A stretch of DNA of 64,000 bases from Bdellovibrionales bacterium (GTDB taxonomy: Bacteria > Bdellovibrionota > UBA1018). Both the position numbers and the translations under genes were made by a program. Of this stretch, positions 37,542 to 47,388 are shown piece after piece; position 1 is the stretch's first letter; every line of letters starts with the position of its first letter. The stretch is taken from NCBI GenBank assembly GCA_016786465.1, contig JAEUWC010000016.1:146422-210421 (forward strand). Direction: 5' to 3'. The notes under the pieces were generated by a model. That model worked only from the letters and a program-made list of their open reading frames with translations, had not been told where the DNA came from and did no database searches.

Positions 37542-40500
37542 TTACTTCCGCGGCTGGGCCGTGACCGCAATCACGATCTTGCCTTCGTCCAGTTCGACTT
37601 CTTCACGGTGCTTGCCTTGCGGATCGTCTGAAAAACTGAAATTCGTGGCCAAAGTTTCCCCGCAAATCATTTTTTCAAAATCCTGAACAGCTTGTCTGAG
37701 CAGGCCATCGCACTTCAACTGAAGCTGAATTCGGTCATCCAATTGAAAATCAGCCGACTTGCGCGCAGCCTGAATCTTCCTCACGACTTCGCGAGCCAAC
37801 CCTTCGCGAATCTGATCGTCGGAAACGCTGGGGTCGATTTCGATGGAAACGATCGGTGCAACAAAGATGGTTTCCTGCCCTGGCTTTGCAGCACCCTTGG
37901 GTGCGCGGCGAATTTCGACATCTGAAAGGTTGATTTCTTCACCTTCCAGGGTCAACGAATCACCTGCTTCAAGCTTCAATAAATCCTGAAGCCCAAGCGA
38001 GCCGATCTTTGCGGCAATGGCTTTCATCTTGGGGCCAACCTTTTTGCCCAAAACCTGAAAATTGGCTTTTGCGGTGACCTGAACGAAATCGTCTTCGTTG
38101 GACGCGTACTCGAATTTTCGAATATTCAATTCATCCGTAAAATACGGCTCGAAGTTCTTTAGATTCTCTAGAACTTTTTTGTCGCGCTGGATGATCTTCA
38201 TCGTCTTCAGCGGGATCTTGGCCTTGATTCCGATTTTTTCGCGGGTATTGCGTCCCAGCAGAACCAACGCGTCCATCACGCGGACGGCGTCTTCTAGATC
38301 CTTCTGAATCAGCTTCTTGTTGGCTTCCGGAAAAGCTTCAAGGTGAACACTGAGCTGCGCCTTGGCAGGCGACCCTTTTTTCAGATTCTGATAGGTCGTT
38401 TCGGCCAAAAACGGCGCAAACGGAGCCATGACTTTCGAAAGCGTGACCAGCGCGTGGTAAAGCGTTTCAAATGCCAAGCGTTTTTCTTCGGGCATGCCGT
38501 CTTGCCAAAAATGGCGTCGATTGAAACGAATGTAAGTGTTGGTCAATTCTTCGACGAATTGAAGAAGAACGGGGACCACGTTGTAAAGGCGGTAGCCTTC
38601 CATTTCGCGCTGGGTTTGATCGACCAGCGTGTTCAACCTGGACAGAAGCCATTGGTCCAAAAGATTTGGGGATTTATCAAAATCGCCCTTGGGTTTGAAC
38701 TGGTCAATGTTCGCGTAGTTCACAAAGAACGAATATGAATTCCACCAACGAAGAAGTATGCGACGAACGACTTCCTTCACACCGACTTCTGAAAATCGAA
38801 GTTCCTGAGCGCGCACTACCGGCGAATCAATCATGTAAAGGCGCAAAGCATCTGCCCCGTGACGATCCACCAATTCCATGGGGTCAGGATAGTTTCTTAG
38901 GCTTTTAGACATTTTCTTGCCGTCTTCGGCCAAGATCAGTCCGTTCACGACCACGTTCTTGAAAGGCGACTGCCCTTTCAGCGCGGTTCCGATCACGGTC
39001 AGCGTGTAGAACCACCCGCGAGTCTGATCCAATCCTTCGGCAATGTATTCGGCGGGAAAATGTTGATCCAGGTACTGATCAGCTTCAGCCTTCGAAGCAA
39101 ATGAATCCGGGTACCCGTTCTGAGCAAACGGCATCGAACCGCTTTCAAACCAGCAGTCCAAGACCCCCTCGATGCGTTTCAACGGCGACTTGCCCGTCGG
39201 GCTTGGGATGGTGATCTGATCGACGACGTCAATGTGAAGGTCGTCGATTTTCTTGCCGCTTAATTTTTCAAGTTCAGCGCGCGACCCCACACAGATCACT
39301 TCGCCTTCTTTATTTCGCCAAATCGGAAGCGGCGTTCCCCAGAATCGATTTCTGGAAATGGCCCAATCGCGTGCGTTTTCCAACCAGTTGCCAAAACGAC
39401 CGTCACGAAGGTGATCGGGAACCCAATTTGTTTTTTTGTTCGCTGCGATCATCTGGTCCTTGATCGCTTCGACTTTGACAAACCAGCTGGTGACCGCGCG
39501 ATAGATCAACGGCGTTTCCGTGCGATAGCAAAATGGATAACTGTGCGCGTAGGTTTCTTGCTTGATCAGGCGTCCAGCTTTTTTCAGATCCGCGATGATG
39601 TCTTTGTCGGCTTCCTTGACCTTTTTGCCTTGATAGGTCGGAACTTCGGATGTGAACACACCGTCATCATCGACTGGGTTCACAATCGGAATTCCTGCTT
39701 TTTGGCATGCAAAAAAGTCTTCTTCACCAAACGCAGGCGCCATGTGGACGATGCCCACACCGCTTTCCGTGGTGACGTGATCGGAATGGATGACTTGGAA
39801 GGCGCCTTGGGCTCTCTTGCCCTCGAAGAACTTAAAGAGCGGTTCGTATTTCAGTCCAACCAAAGATGAACCCTTAAACTTCAGTTCAACTTCCGCGTCT
39901 TTTGAAGGGTCTTTGAAAATACTTTTCAGCAGCGCTTCCGCAAGAATGTATTTCTTTCCTGTAGAGTGTTCTTTGGCCTGTACGTAGTCCACATCACTAT
40001 GGACGGCCAAAGCCAAGTTGCTGGGAAGGGTCCAAGGAGTCGTCGTCCAAGCAAGCAGTTGCGCACCTTGATCGATCCCTAGTTTTTTGTAGGCATCATG
40101 ATCAACGATCGCTGCCCCATTTAAGGGAAACGCCACCGTGATCGCGGGATCTTGAACCTGTTTGTAATTCAAATTCGCTTCAAAGTTCGAAAGCGGTGTC
40201 GAAATTCCAGTCGAATAAGGAACGACTTTATAGCCTTCGTAAATCAGCCCTTTGTCGTGGAACTGCTTAAAGACCCACCAGACGCTTTGCATGAACCCAA
40301 CGTCCTTGGTGAAGTACGCGTTTTCCATGTCGACCCACCGACCCACGCGCCGAACCGTTTTCTTCCATTCATTGGAATAACGATCCACGATGGATCGGCA
40401 AGCGGCGTTGTACTTGTCCACGCCGTAAGCCAGAATCTGTTTGCGACTTTCCAGTTTCAACTGCTTGTTGATTTCGTTTTCAACAGGAAGACCGTGGCAA

Positions 40501-40772
40501 TCCCAACCAAAACGCCGGGGGATCGAATAGCCCTTCATCGTCCAGTAGCGCGGAACGATGTCCTTCAGCGTTCCCGCCAAAATGTGCCCGTAGTGCGGCA
40601 ACCCCGTGGCAAAAGGCGGTCCGTCGTAAAACTGGTACGGCTTTGCCTTGCCCTGTGCGGCAGGCGCTTCCAAAGATTTTTCAAAAATTTGGTTTTCGTC
40701 CCAGAATTTCAGAACGTCTTCTTCAAGCTTGGGAAGAGAAACGTCGGGACGGACCGGAGAAAACAGGCTCAT
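37542..40772 (-). CDS. ileS: isoleucyl-tRNA synthetase, type 2 (eukaryote/archaea-like)
   Basis: 1076 aa. Motif PPFATGLPHYGH (HYGH rather than bacterial type-1 HIGH), a KMSKS motif, and a long C-terminal region without the type-1 zinc finger. Confidence 0.9.
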   Translation of the reverse strand: MSLFSPVRPDVSLPKLEEDVLKFWDENQIFEKSLEAPAAQGKAKPYQFYDGPPFATGLPHYGHILAGTLKDIVPRYWTMKGYSIPRRFGWDCHGLPVENEINKQLKLESRKQILAYGVDKYNAACRSIVDRYSNEWKKTVRRVGRWVDMENAYFTKDVGFMQSVWWVFKQFHDKGLIYEGYKVVPYSTGISTPLSNFEANLNYKQVQDPAITVAFPLNGAAIVDHDAYKKLGIDQGAQLLAWTTTPWTLPSNLALAVHSDVDYVQAKEHSTGKKYILAEALLKSIFKDPSKDAEVELKFKGSSLVGLKYEPLFKFFEGKRAQGAFQVIHSDHVTTESGVGIVHMAPAFGEEDFFACQKAGIPIVNPVDDDGVFTSEVPTYQGKKVKEADKDIIADLKKAGRLIKQETYAHSYPFCYRTETPLIYRAVTSWFVKVEAIKDQMIAANKKTNWVPDHLRDGRFGNWLENARDWAISRNRFWGTPLPIWRNKEGEVICVGSRAELEKLSGKKIDDLHIDVVDQITIPSPTGKSPLKRIEGVLDCWFESGSMPFAQNGYPDSFASKAEADQYLDQHFPAEYIAEGLDQTRGWFYTLTVIGTALKGQSPFKNVVVNGLILAEDGKKMSKSLRNYPDPMELVDRHGADALRLYMIDSPVVRAQELRFSEVGVKEVVRRILLRWWNSYSFFVNYANIDQFKPKGDFDKSPNLLDQWLLSRLNTLVDQTQREMEGYRLYNVVPVLLQFVEELTNTYIRFNRRHFWQDGMPEEKRLAFETLYHALVTLSKVMAPFAPFLAETTYQNLKKGSPAKAQLSVHLEAFPEANKKLIQKDLEDAVRVMDALVLLGRNTREKIGIKAKIPLKTMKIIQRDKKVLENLKNFEPYFTDELNIRKFEYASNEDDFVQVTAKANFQVLGKKVGPKMKAIAAKIGSLGLQDLLKLEAGDSLTLEGEEINLSDVEIRRAPKGAAKPGQETIFVAPIVSIEIDPSVSDDQIREGLAREVVRKIQAARKSADFQLDDRIQLQLKCDGLLRQAVQDFEKMICGETLATNFSFSDDPQGKHREEVELDEGKIVIAVTAQPRK

Positions 40773-40786
40773 GATTCACTACTTTC

Positions 40787-41437
40787 TTAGCGTAAGAATC
40801 CCCAGATCGAGCCCCAGGCCATCGCCAACACGACGAAGAAAAGGACGATCGCAAAAGCTTGAACCCGATTCATTCCCTTTTGGGTCGTCGTGATTCCCCA
40901 GCCAATGCAGAATTGCCAAACGCCGTTGGCCAGGTGGTAAGCAACACCCAATGTTCCCAGAAGGTAGACGGTCAAAGTCACGGGTTCGGAAAATGCTTCA
41001 ACCATGTGGGCAAAGTCAGCGGGCTGACCATTGATGTAGGTCGGAAGAATTTTGCTTTTAAAGATGTGAGCAGGAAGGAAAAGAAAAATTCCGATGCCGC
41101 TTAGGCGTTGGGTCAAATACTTCAGATTTTCCCAATGCCGAAAGGTGCCATAGTTCGGCTTCGCTTGCTTCAGCTTAATCATGCCCAAAACGCCGTGGTA
41201 AAGGATCGGCGCCCAGATGAACAAGATCGCCAAGATTCCCAAGAAGGGTCCGCTTCGGGAAGATTCCAAGTGGCGATTGAATGCTTCCGCACCTTCAAGG
41301 CTGGTCAGATTTCCGTAAAGGTGAACAATCGCGTAAATACCTAAAGGGAAAATTCCCAATAGGCTGAAAATTTTGTTTCGAAGAAACGCCTTGGAAAGTC
41401 CGGCGGACGGGGCTGCATGCTGCACTGTGGTTTCCAT
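40787..41437 (-). CDS. cytochrome b-like 5-TM membrane protein (succinate dehydrogenase cytochrome b558-family-like)
   Basis: 216 aa, five hydrophobic helices with conserved His positions (AIVHLYGN, ILYHGVLG, AYHLANGVWQF). No adjacent sdhA/sdhB. Confidence 0.45.
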   Translation of the reverse strand: METTVQHAAPSAGLSKAFLRNKIFSLLGIFPLGIYAIVHLYGNLTSLEGAEAFNRHLESSRSGPFLGILAILFIWAPILYHGVLGMIKLKQAKPNYGTFRHWENLKYLTQRLSGIGIFLFLPAHIFKSKILPTYINGQPADFAHMVEAFSEPVTLTVYLLGTLGVAYHLANGVWQFCIGWGITTTQKGMNRVQAFAIVLFFVVLAMAWGSIWGFLR

Positions 41438-41464
41438 GATTAGAACTTAGCTCAGAATCGGCCT

Positions 41465-41908
41465 TTAGGCGGCAGATTTTTTTGGTTTCCGGCGCTGAAC
41501 GGCAATCTCGCTCATCACAAAAGCAACGAGGATCACGACCGGGACAAAAAGAATGTATGAAAACCCCAAGTACATCAGAATTCCATCCCAAGTCGGGGCC
41601 GCTTCACCTGCGACTTGCAAGCTAGCCAAGCCCTGAAGCTGAATCGAAAGCGCCTTGAAAGGGACTTGTTCGATGAACATCGCAAAGCTTGCGGCCCGAA
41701 TAACCGCCCAACGCTTACTTTGATGCAAGGCAGCAAGCCAATAACAGAAGGCTGCCAGTGCTCCCATTCGAACCAAAATAAAAGTCACATTGCCCGCGAA
41801 CGGCCCCTGCGTGCGCATCACGGTCGGAGCCAACCAAAAAGTATTCAGTGCGAAAATAGAAAACACCGCCAGCCATCCGGCCCAAAGGGGAAATTTCTTT
41901 TGCGTCAT
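41465..41908 (-). CDS. hypothetical 4-TM membrane protein
   Basis: 147 aa, four predicted helices, no recognised domain. Confidence 0.45.
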   Translation of the reverse strand: MTQKKFPLWAGWLAVFSIFALNTFWLAPTVMRTQGPFAGNVTFILVRMGALAAFCYWLAALHQSKRWAVIRAASFAMFIEQVPFKALSIQLQGLASLQVAGEAAPTWDGILMYLGFSYILFVPVVILVAFVMSEIAVQRRKPKKSAA

Positions 41909-42031
41909 GGCGGAAAGCCTAACAGAACAACGCGGCGGTTCATAGTGTTGGAATCGTGCATTTTTTCGTTTTCCAATGAACGTCCGTAGGCCATATTCAA
42001 ACTACTCAATACAAGTACTGGAGAACGCATC

Positions 42032-43384
42032 ATGTCGTCATCAACCACGCTACCTCATGAACAATTGGTCACTGGCGGAAAAACCATGGCCGACATCAAC
42101 GAAGATGTCAGCTTCCCGCTAGAAAATTTTCCGACCCGTCGTTGGTGGATTGCCTTTTCGATCGCGATGGTCGTTTTGGCAGTTTGGCTTTTTGCGGTTG
42201 GATCCTTCGTGAAAGACGGACAAGGCGTTTTGGGAATTAACCAGCCCAGCGGCTGGGGTACCGACATCACGAACTTCGTTTTCTGGGTCGGTATCGGTCA
42301 CGCAGGAACTTTGATTTCCGCCATTTTGTTTTTGTTCCGTCAAAAGTGGCGTACGGCGATTAACCGTTCTGCAGAAGCGATGACGATTTTCGCCGTGATC
42401 TGCGCTTTGACCTTTCCATTGCTTCATACCGGTCGCCCGTGGCTAGCGGCATTCTGGCTTCTTCCTTATCCCAACCAGCGCGAACTTTGGGTCAACTTCC
42501 GTTCGCCTTTGCTTTGGGACGTTTTCGCCGTTTCGACCTACTTCACGATTTCCGCAGTGTTTTGGTACGTCGGCTTGATTCCTGACTTGGCTTCGGTCCG
42601 CGACCGCGCCAAAAACGGAATCCGCAAAGTGGCTTACACCCTGCTTTCGATGGGCTGGCACGGATCAACCAAGCAGTGGAACAATTACGAAATGGCGTAC
42701 ATGATTCTAGCCGGGCTTTCGACCCCGCTGGTCCTTTCGGTTCACACGATCGTTTCGTTCGACTTCGCCGTTTCCCAGATTCCAGGATGGCACACGACGA
42801 TCTTCCCACCCTACTTCGTCGCGGGTGCAATTTTTTCGGGCTTCGCGATGGTCGTGACACTTCTGGTGATGATGCGTGAAATGTTCGGTTTCAAGAACTA
42901 CATCACGATGGATCACCTGGAAAAAATGAACAAGATCATCATGGCCACCGGCTTGATGGTCGGTTACGCCTACGCTTGCGAATTCTTTATCGCTTGGTAC
43001 AGCGGATCGTCCTTTGAAGGTTACGTTTTCTTGAACCGTGCGTTTGGACCTTACTGGTGGGCGTACTGGATCATGACCAGCTGTAACGTCTTCATCCCGC
43101 AAGTTTTCTGGTTCAGAAAAATGCGTCGTTCGATCCCAGTCATGTTCGTCGTTTCGTTGTACGTAAACATCGGCATGTGGTTCGAACGTTACGTCATCGT
43201 CGTCACTTCGCTTCACCGCGACTTCTTGCCATCCAGCTGGGCGATGTACTTCCCCACTTGGTATGACTGGGCGTGGACCGCCGGCTCGTTTGGCCTTTTC
43301 TTCTTCCTGTTCCTGTTGTTCGTTCGGTTCCTACCGACGATCGCCATGTCGGAAGTCAAAGGCGTCATGCAAAGCGACCACTAA
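42032..43384 (+). CDS. NrfD/PsrC-family polytopic membrane protein (quinone-interacting subunit family), orphan
   Basis: 450 aa, SD GGAGAA, about 10 TM helices. NrfD-like pattern ([19 protein letters not shown]..., [15 protein letters not shown]). No adjacent Fe-S or molybdopterin subunit gene. Confidence 0.65.
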   Translation: MSSSTTLPHEQLVTGGKTMADINEDVSFPLENFPTRRWWIAFSIAMVVLAVWLFAVGSFVKDGQGVLGINQPSGWGTDITNFVFWVGIGHAGTLISAILFLFRQKWRTAINRSAEAMTIFAVICALTFPLLHTGRPWLAAFWLLPYPNQRELWVNFRSPLLWDVFAVSTYFTISAVFWYVGLIPDLASVRDRAKNGIRKVAYTLLSMGWHGSTKQWNNYEMAYMILAGLSTPLVLSVHTIVSFDFAVSQIPGWHTTIFPPYFVAGAIFSGFAMVVTLLVMMREMFGFKNYITMDHLEKMNKIIMATGLMVGYAYACEFFIAWYSGSSFEGYVFLNRAFGPYWWAYWIMTSCNVFIPQVFWFRKMRRSIPVMFVVSLYVNIGMWFERYVIVVTSLHRDFLPSSWAMYFPTWYDWAWTAGSFGLFFFLFLLFVRFLPTIAMSEVKGVMQSDH

Positions 43385-43386
43385 TT

Positions 43387-43572
43387 TTGCGAGCGCTTCT
43401 GATCGTTGGAATATTGACGCTTCAGGCGGTCGGCTGCGCCGGCAAAAAGGACAAAGGGCCTTTTCAAAGCTGTATTGAACGCTGTTCACGGATTGAAAAA
43501 CAGGATCCTAGTTCATCCTGCGTCCGCGACTGCGAAAAGATCTTCTTGCCCGGCCAGCACGGGTTTCCGTAG
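43387..43572 (+). CDS. small twin-Cx3C lipoprotein (about 61 aa)
   Basis: TTG 2 nt after the NrfD stop. MRALLIVGILTLQAVGC signal/lipobox, then SCIERCS and SCVRDCE (two Cx3C pairs). This is a short ORF and may be spurious. Confidence 0.35.
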   Translation: MRALLIVGILTLQAVGCAGKKDKGPFQSCIERCSRIEKQDPSSSCVRDCEKIFLPGQHGFP

Positions 43573-43619
43573 GAGCGCTGTGGCGCCCTGTGCAGTTGTA
43601 GGACTGATGTCGGAAAGCC

Positions 43620-44558
43620 CTAAGGCTGAACCCACCAAATCGGTTCTTTGGGGGTCGAAACATTTCGAGCGTCGATTCGCATCCCAATGACCTTACCTTG
43701 GCGTTCAATTTCAAACCTGCCAGATGGATTGGCGACTTCTTCATCGATCCTTGCGCCGATCCATTTGAAAATCAGGTCGGGTTCGTAAAAGAAGACGCCA
43801 AACTGCGCTTCGCCGGATTCAGCCCAACGGCGGTTCTTTTTGCTGCGAATCAGTAAACTGAGCAAAGAAACTCGTTTGCCGGTCATCGGACCGCCGACCA
43901 GTTTGGCCGGAGCCGCGATATTCATGGACCAAGCGGCCTTCAAATCAGAAGTCAAAAGCCCCGCCAATTCGACCAAGCTAACACCAAACGCAGAACAGCC
44001 TGCACCTTCAGCGTGTCTTGGGCTGTTGGGCAAGCCGTACCGCGTGTAGACCTTGTTTTCTCGATATTCGGTCAAATAAGTCGCAAGCCTGCGGCAGGTG
44101 GATGCCGAAATATCGTAAGCAATGTAGCGCATATTCCCACCCTTCGATTTTTCGACCGCATTGTCGGTGTCGACTTCGTCAGTCGACTGCATTCGGCCTT
44201 GAAACGAATGAAAAAGCGCGCCCAGGCCGCCGCCTTTTAGCAGCAGGAAAGTTCTCGCTTCGGACTTTTTCGCGTCAGTCATTCCCGTTGCCTGGCGAAA
44301 CGCAGGTTCAGTCGCCGTCGCATCACAACTGACTTCAACGGCGACATGCCCCATGGGGTATCCGGAACGTCCGGTAAAGTTCTTTACAATGGTCCGCGCC
44401 AAGCGGTTTGGATCGCGCCAGTCGATCCCCGGACTGGAATAGGTGAAGATTTTCAGTTCATCACCAAAGGCGCCTCGAGCCTGTGAAATCTGAACGACAA
44501 GAAACGAAGCGAGCAATGGAAACCAAAACCTGGACGTCCTGACCAAGAATTTTTTCAT
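43620..44558 (-). CDS. hypothetical secreted protein
   Basis: 312 aa, signal peptide MKKFLVRTSRFWFPLLASFLVVQISQA. Last gene of a four-gene minus-strand cluster. Confidence 0.55.
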   Translation of the reverse strand: MKKFLVRTSRFWFPLLASFLVVQISQARGAFGDELKIFTYSSPGIDWRDPNRLARTIVKNFTGRSGYPMGHVAVEVSCDATATEPAFRQATGMTDAKKSEARTFLLLKGGGLGALFHSFQGRMQSTDEVDTDNAVEKSKGGNMRYIAYDISASTCRRLATYLTEYRENKVYTRYGLPNSPRHAEGAGCSAFGVSLVELAGLLTSDLKAAWSMNIAAPAKLVGGPMTGKRVSLLSLLIRSKKNRRWAESGEAQFGVFFYEPDLIFKWIGARIDEEVANPSGRFEIERQGKVIGMRIDARNVSTPKEPIWWVQP

Positions 44559-44613
44559 CCCTCTAGTCTAAGGTCAGTTTCTGAATTTCGCGGTGATTAA
44601 AATTTGACGCTGA

Positions 44614-47373
44614 CTATTTCGCGACCTGGAAGCGGACGCTTCCGGCAGGGCCCCATTTTACTCGATCTACCGAATAGCCCAGGTTCAAAAGGTAAAAGTC
44701 GCCCTTGGTCAAAAGTCCAAAAAGCTCGCGTTCCAAAACAGTGGGCGAAGTCGCCGAAAGCACCATTCGGTTCTTTCCTTGGACAAACTTTCCGGCGGTA
44801 TTATCGACCATCAATTCGCCTTCAACTTTGAACTTCTTCCAAACCGTTGACCGCGTCAGACGAAAGTAAAGAATCTGGGGTGTTTTCTTCAAATCGAAGG
44901 TGACTTCCAACTGATCCGGACCCAGGGCTTGGGTTTTGAAATCCGAAACGGTCAAGTGCGGATCGCCTTCGAAGCCCCCCGCCTGTCGTTCTAGCCCTAA
45001 CTGTTCATCCGTCAGATTGATGATTTGGTTGACCTGAAGGATGACATCCCCTCGTTCCTGAAGACGTCCAACCGAAGGCCCTTGCATCGTGTAAAAGTAG
45101 TCCACCTTTTCACCGGCCAATGCGATTGCCAGTACCTTCATCAACTGGGCGCCGCGGTGTCGGATCGAAAACATCTTGCCCATTTTTTCGGCGATGACTT
45201 CCGGGGGCAAGGTGACTCCGGTCAATGCTTTCCACTGCGCCAGGAAGTTCTTCATTTTCGTGACTTCCGAATCTTCCAGTTCGTCCGGGGGCGGCGCAGC
45301 CGACGGGAACTTAATGCCAAAAGCTTCTTCTACAATTTCAGTTTTCCTGGAATCCGGAATCGCGATGAACTTTTCAACCTGCGGCCGGTTGACGTTCAAC
45401 CCATAGTACAAGCTGAATCGCCCATACTTTGCGATCGGGCCTTTCTTGATTTTCTTCAGTTTGTCGGGAATTCCGTCCCCATCGGTGTCTTCCCAGACTT
45501 CGGTCAATGATTTCATCTTGGGCATTCGGGCCGGCAGCTGCGGGATTGCCGGCAGATTGCCCACAGCTGCGCGTAGATCTCGAAGGTAACGCTGCATTTC
45601 GCGACCGTTCGTCCGTGAATCCTGAACGGAAGCTTCAGCCATCAGGGTCAACGATTCAGGTTCTTTCTTTTGATAGGATTCCAGGTCCAACCCAACCGAA
45701 AAACGATGAAAGAAGTTTTCACGAAATCCAAAAATGGTCTTCCAGTCTTTGGTTGAAGTGTTTGCAAAGCGCAGAATGTGCTTCACGCCTGCGGGTAATT
45801 TGATTTCCGCGGCAAAAGTTTCTTCCTGACTGGATCGTCTGCGTTCGTGAAGAAAGGCCACTTCAAACTTTCCACTTCTCGATTTTTTGTCGTCCGTAGC
45901 GGTTCGATCGAAAATGCGCTCGACGACTGGGTGGCCCGATGGGTCTTTTACGCCTTCCAGCTTGCCGGCTTCGAAGAATGATCCAGCCAATGCGTCTTCA
46001 AAAGCACTGACGCCATCTGGGGTCGAAAGATTAAAGCGATAGCCGATGTCAAAAGTTCGCACGCTATCGCGATTGGCGGTCAGTTGAAAAGGCATCAATC
46101 TAAGCTTGGCCAAGCTGCCTAGGTCTGTCGAAATCGGCGAACCTTCAAAAACCATCACGCCTTCGATCAACTGAGCCTTGCTGGTCGCCCCCCCCACGCT
46201 CAGTCCGGTTCCCCTTCGTGTCAGCCTGGAAATTTTCACTTTGGCGAACTGGTCGTTTTCTTTCAAAACATAAACAACGTATTCACCGCGCAGGTACGTA
46301 CGAACATTGATTCCCACCGTGAAATCAACGAACTTGGGCAAGTTCAAGAATTGGAATCCGACGCCCGCATCCATTTCGACACCACCGAAACCGGTGTAGC
46401 CAAAAAGTTCGCCGTCAGCCATTCGGTTAAACGCGTCCTGAGTCAGCGGAATGCGGAACGGCAGCGAAACGCGTCGGAAAAGTTTGCTTAGCCGCGGACG
46501 AATCGAAGGATCCAACATTCCCGATGTCACGCTGGGGTCAAGGCGCGTGATCGAAGGATCGGCTGGCAAAGGCCCCGGTGATGCCGACGCCGACGGTGTA
46601 CTGGACGGGGATGGAACTGCCGAAGCAGTCCCCGATGATCCGCCAGTTCCTGCCGCCTGAGCGCGCCTTTGAGCGTTTTTTTCCTTTAAAGCTTTGTACC
46701 AGTTTGATCGCGTGACTTCTTCCGCAAGCTGCTGCGTGGTGGGAAGATTCTTATAACGCTTGGCTTGTACTTTTCGGATATTGACCCAAGACATCCCGCT
46801 GACTCCGCCAATGCTGAAGTTCATGTTTAAGTTCATCGGAATGACAGAACTAGGAATGCTGGTGTCCAAATAAATCACGGGAACTTTGGATTCGATTTGA
46901 AATCGGTCCACCACCGTCCACGTATTCAGAAGGTCGAAGTTATCGTAGATATCCCGGCGGGTATTGAAACGAACCCTTCCGCCCTTTTTTCCTACAGGAA
47001 TCGAAAGAAGTTCTAAATCCGTCAGCGAACGAAAAATCGAGTTCGTCAAAGAAAGGCTCAAGTCGTTGACGCCTTCGCCAAGCTTGTTCATCAGCTGGTT
47101 GGGCCAGGATTTAACCTGAACGCCACTGCTGGTCGTTACTGCGCGGGCCGAAATCCCTTCCGCGCCCAACTGTTTCATCACGTCCGTATCGAAGGGTTCT
47201 AACGATTCGTTCTGCCCCTCTGATTCCAAAAGTTCATCGGGTTGGGCATCTTGCTGAACATCTTCTACGAACTGCGCCGGCGCACGAGCCCCGTCCATCG
47301 GGGAACATCCCCCTGCCGGAAGCATCAAAAGAATCACGAAAAGAATAGGCGCCAAGACCCGAAACACCATCAA
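44614..47373 (-). CDS. large hypothetical lipoprotein with Ser/Pro/Thr-rich linker
   Basis: 919 aa, lipobox LPAGGC. Low-complexity segment AGTGGSSGTASAVPSPSSTPSASASPGPLPADPS around residues 250-290. Confidence 0.6.
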   Translation of the reverse strand: MMVFRVLAPILFVILLMLPAGGCSPMDGARAPAQFVEDVQQDAQPDELLESEGQNESLEPFDTDVMKQLGAEGISARAVTTSSGVQVKSWPNQLMNKLGEGVNDLSLSLTNSIFRSLTDLELLSIPVGKKGGRVRFNTRRDIYDNFDLLNTWTVVDRFQIESKVPVIYLDTSIPSSVIPMNLNMNFSIGGVSGMSWVNIRKVQAKRYKNLPTTQQLAEEVTRSNWYKALKEKNAQRRAQAAGTGGSSGTASAVPSPSSTPSASASPGPLPADPSITRLDPSVTSGMLDPSIRPRLSKLFRRVSLPFRIPLTQDAFNRMADGELFGYTGFGGVEMDAGVGFQFLNLPKFVDFTVGINVRTYLRGEYVVYVLKENDQFAKVKISRLTRRGTGLSVGGATSKAQLIEGVMVFEGSPISTDLGSLAKLRLMPFQLTANRDSVRTFDIGYRFNLSTPDGVSAFEDALAGSFFEAGKLEGVKDPSGHPVVERIFDRTATDDKKSRSGKFEVAFLHERRRSSQEETFAAEIKLPAGVKHILRFANTSTKDWKTIFGFRENFFHRFSVGLDLESYQKKEPESLTLMAEASVQDSRTNGREMQRYLRDLRAAVGNLPAIPQLPARMPKMKSLTEVWEDTDGDGIPDKLKKIKKGPIAKYGRFSLYYGLNVNRPQVEKFIAIPDSRKTEIVEEAFGIKFPSAAPPPDELEDSEVTKMKNFLAQWKALTGVTLPPEVIAEKMGKMFSIRHRGAQLMKVLAIALAGEKVDYFYTMQGPSVGRLQERGDVILQVNQIINLTDEQLGLERQAGGFEGDPHLTVSDFKTQALGPDQLEVTFDLKKTPQILYFRLTRSTVWKKFKVEGELMVDNTAGKFVQGKNRMVLSATSPTVLERELFGLLTKGDFYLLNLGYSVDRVKWGPAGSVRFQVAK

Positions 47374-47388
47374 ATCCGTATCGGAATT

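Noticed and set aside
42707-43216. 169-aa minus-strand ORF inside the NrfD-like gene
   Set aside because: Antisense to a polytopic membrane protein with coherent hydropathy. The antisense product is Asp/Arg/His-rich and non-protein-like.
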